A DNA stretch of 50,570 nucleotides from Klebsormidium nitens (taxonomy: Eukaryota > Plantae > Klebsormidiophyceae): positions 1 to 50,570 of the forward strand of contig DF237568.1 of the NCBI GenBank assembly GCA_000708835.1, read 5' to 3'. Positions 49,925 to 50,570 of the stretch are shown here, piece by piece. The stretch's first letter is position 1, and each line of letters starts with the position of its first letter. The notes below the pieces were generated by a model. It was not told the origin of the DNA, searched no databases, and was given only the letters and a program-made list of their open reading frames with translations. Position numbers and translations under genes: made by a program.

Positions 49925-50570
49925 GGGGTTGGCTCGAAGAAAAGTTTCAAGGTCTGAAAGTCTTCACAGGGCAGCCATGTTAGATACAACTTACGTTCAG
50001 CAGTTTGCTCTCTTTGCTCGAGGGCAGATTGGGCTCTAAGCTTTGTGTGTTGAGACTAAGACTTTCAAGAAAGTCAGGAGCTGAAGGTCTAGTGGCTAGG
50101 CGTAGCTTCTGTATATCGCAGCCTAATGCTAGGCGACTGTAAATCTGTACATGACCTTAGGTGCTGCACATATGCTCTGGGAGCGCTAGGACGATTGCAT
50201 GGATTCCCCGACCTGTACAGATTGCCGAATATCTTGCAAGCAAGTTGATGAATTAGGTTGGTTCGTTGCTTGCAAGGAGTGAGGTTTTCGCTTGGTGTCA
50301 TATTAAAAAGGATGTACAAACGTTGAGGTCCAATGCAAGGCTTCCTTCATGGTGGCAGCCAGGCCTCTGTCCCGACACTCGTCTGAATTGGTCACTGGAC
50401 TCCGTCATTTGAGTACTGGGCATAGATGTGTTCAAGTTGGCCGCGAATTGCTGGATAGCTCGCGCATTCCCTGTTGTATGTGCACTCTTATGTATCCTTA
50501 CGAACATTCACAAATATGCAGAACGAATTATTGTGAATCAGCTAGTGTAATATATCCTAGAATGTTATGA

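Overview
Intron-rich eukaryotic nuclear DNA from a green plant lineage. GC-rich exons, GT-AG introns with GCTGAC-type branch points and the gene content suggest an early-diverging streptophyte alga (Klebsormidium-like); this is inference only. I assembled 10 protein-coding genes by hand from splice sites and reading-frame phase: a PebA-lineage ferredoxin-dependent bilin reductase (PUBS-like); an intronless SGNH/PC-esterase-type protein; two paralogous multi-pass membrane proteins (At5g52420-like); an atypical small heat-shock protein; a ~1570-aa J-domain + coiled-coil + low-complexity + CCCH zinc-finger protein with an apparent 1-nt frameshift at a G11 run; galactinol synthase; a 13-exon ~975-aa VWA/MIDAS protein; a LEA_2/NHL protein; and a CPP1/DUF3353-family plastid protein. 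Non-coding features are a 1.3-kb TA-flanked TIR element with a second ~255-bp TIR element nested inside it, a 4-copy TGACG-core minisatellite next to a TATA-like motif, and two unexplained low-GC segments. No rRNA, tRNA or CRISPR array was found. Family assignments come from motif recognition and recall, not database searches. Most other ORFs in the track are antisense or alternate-frame shadows.
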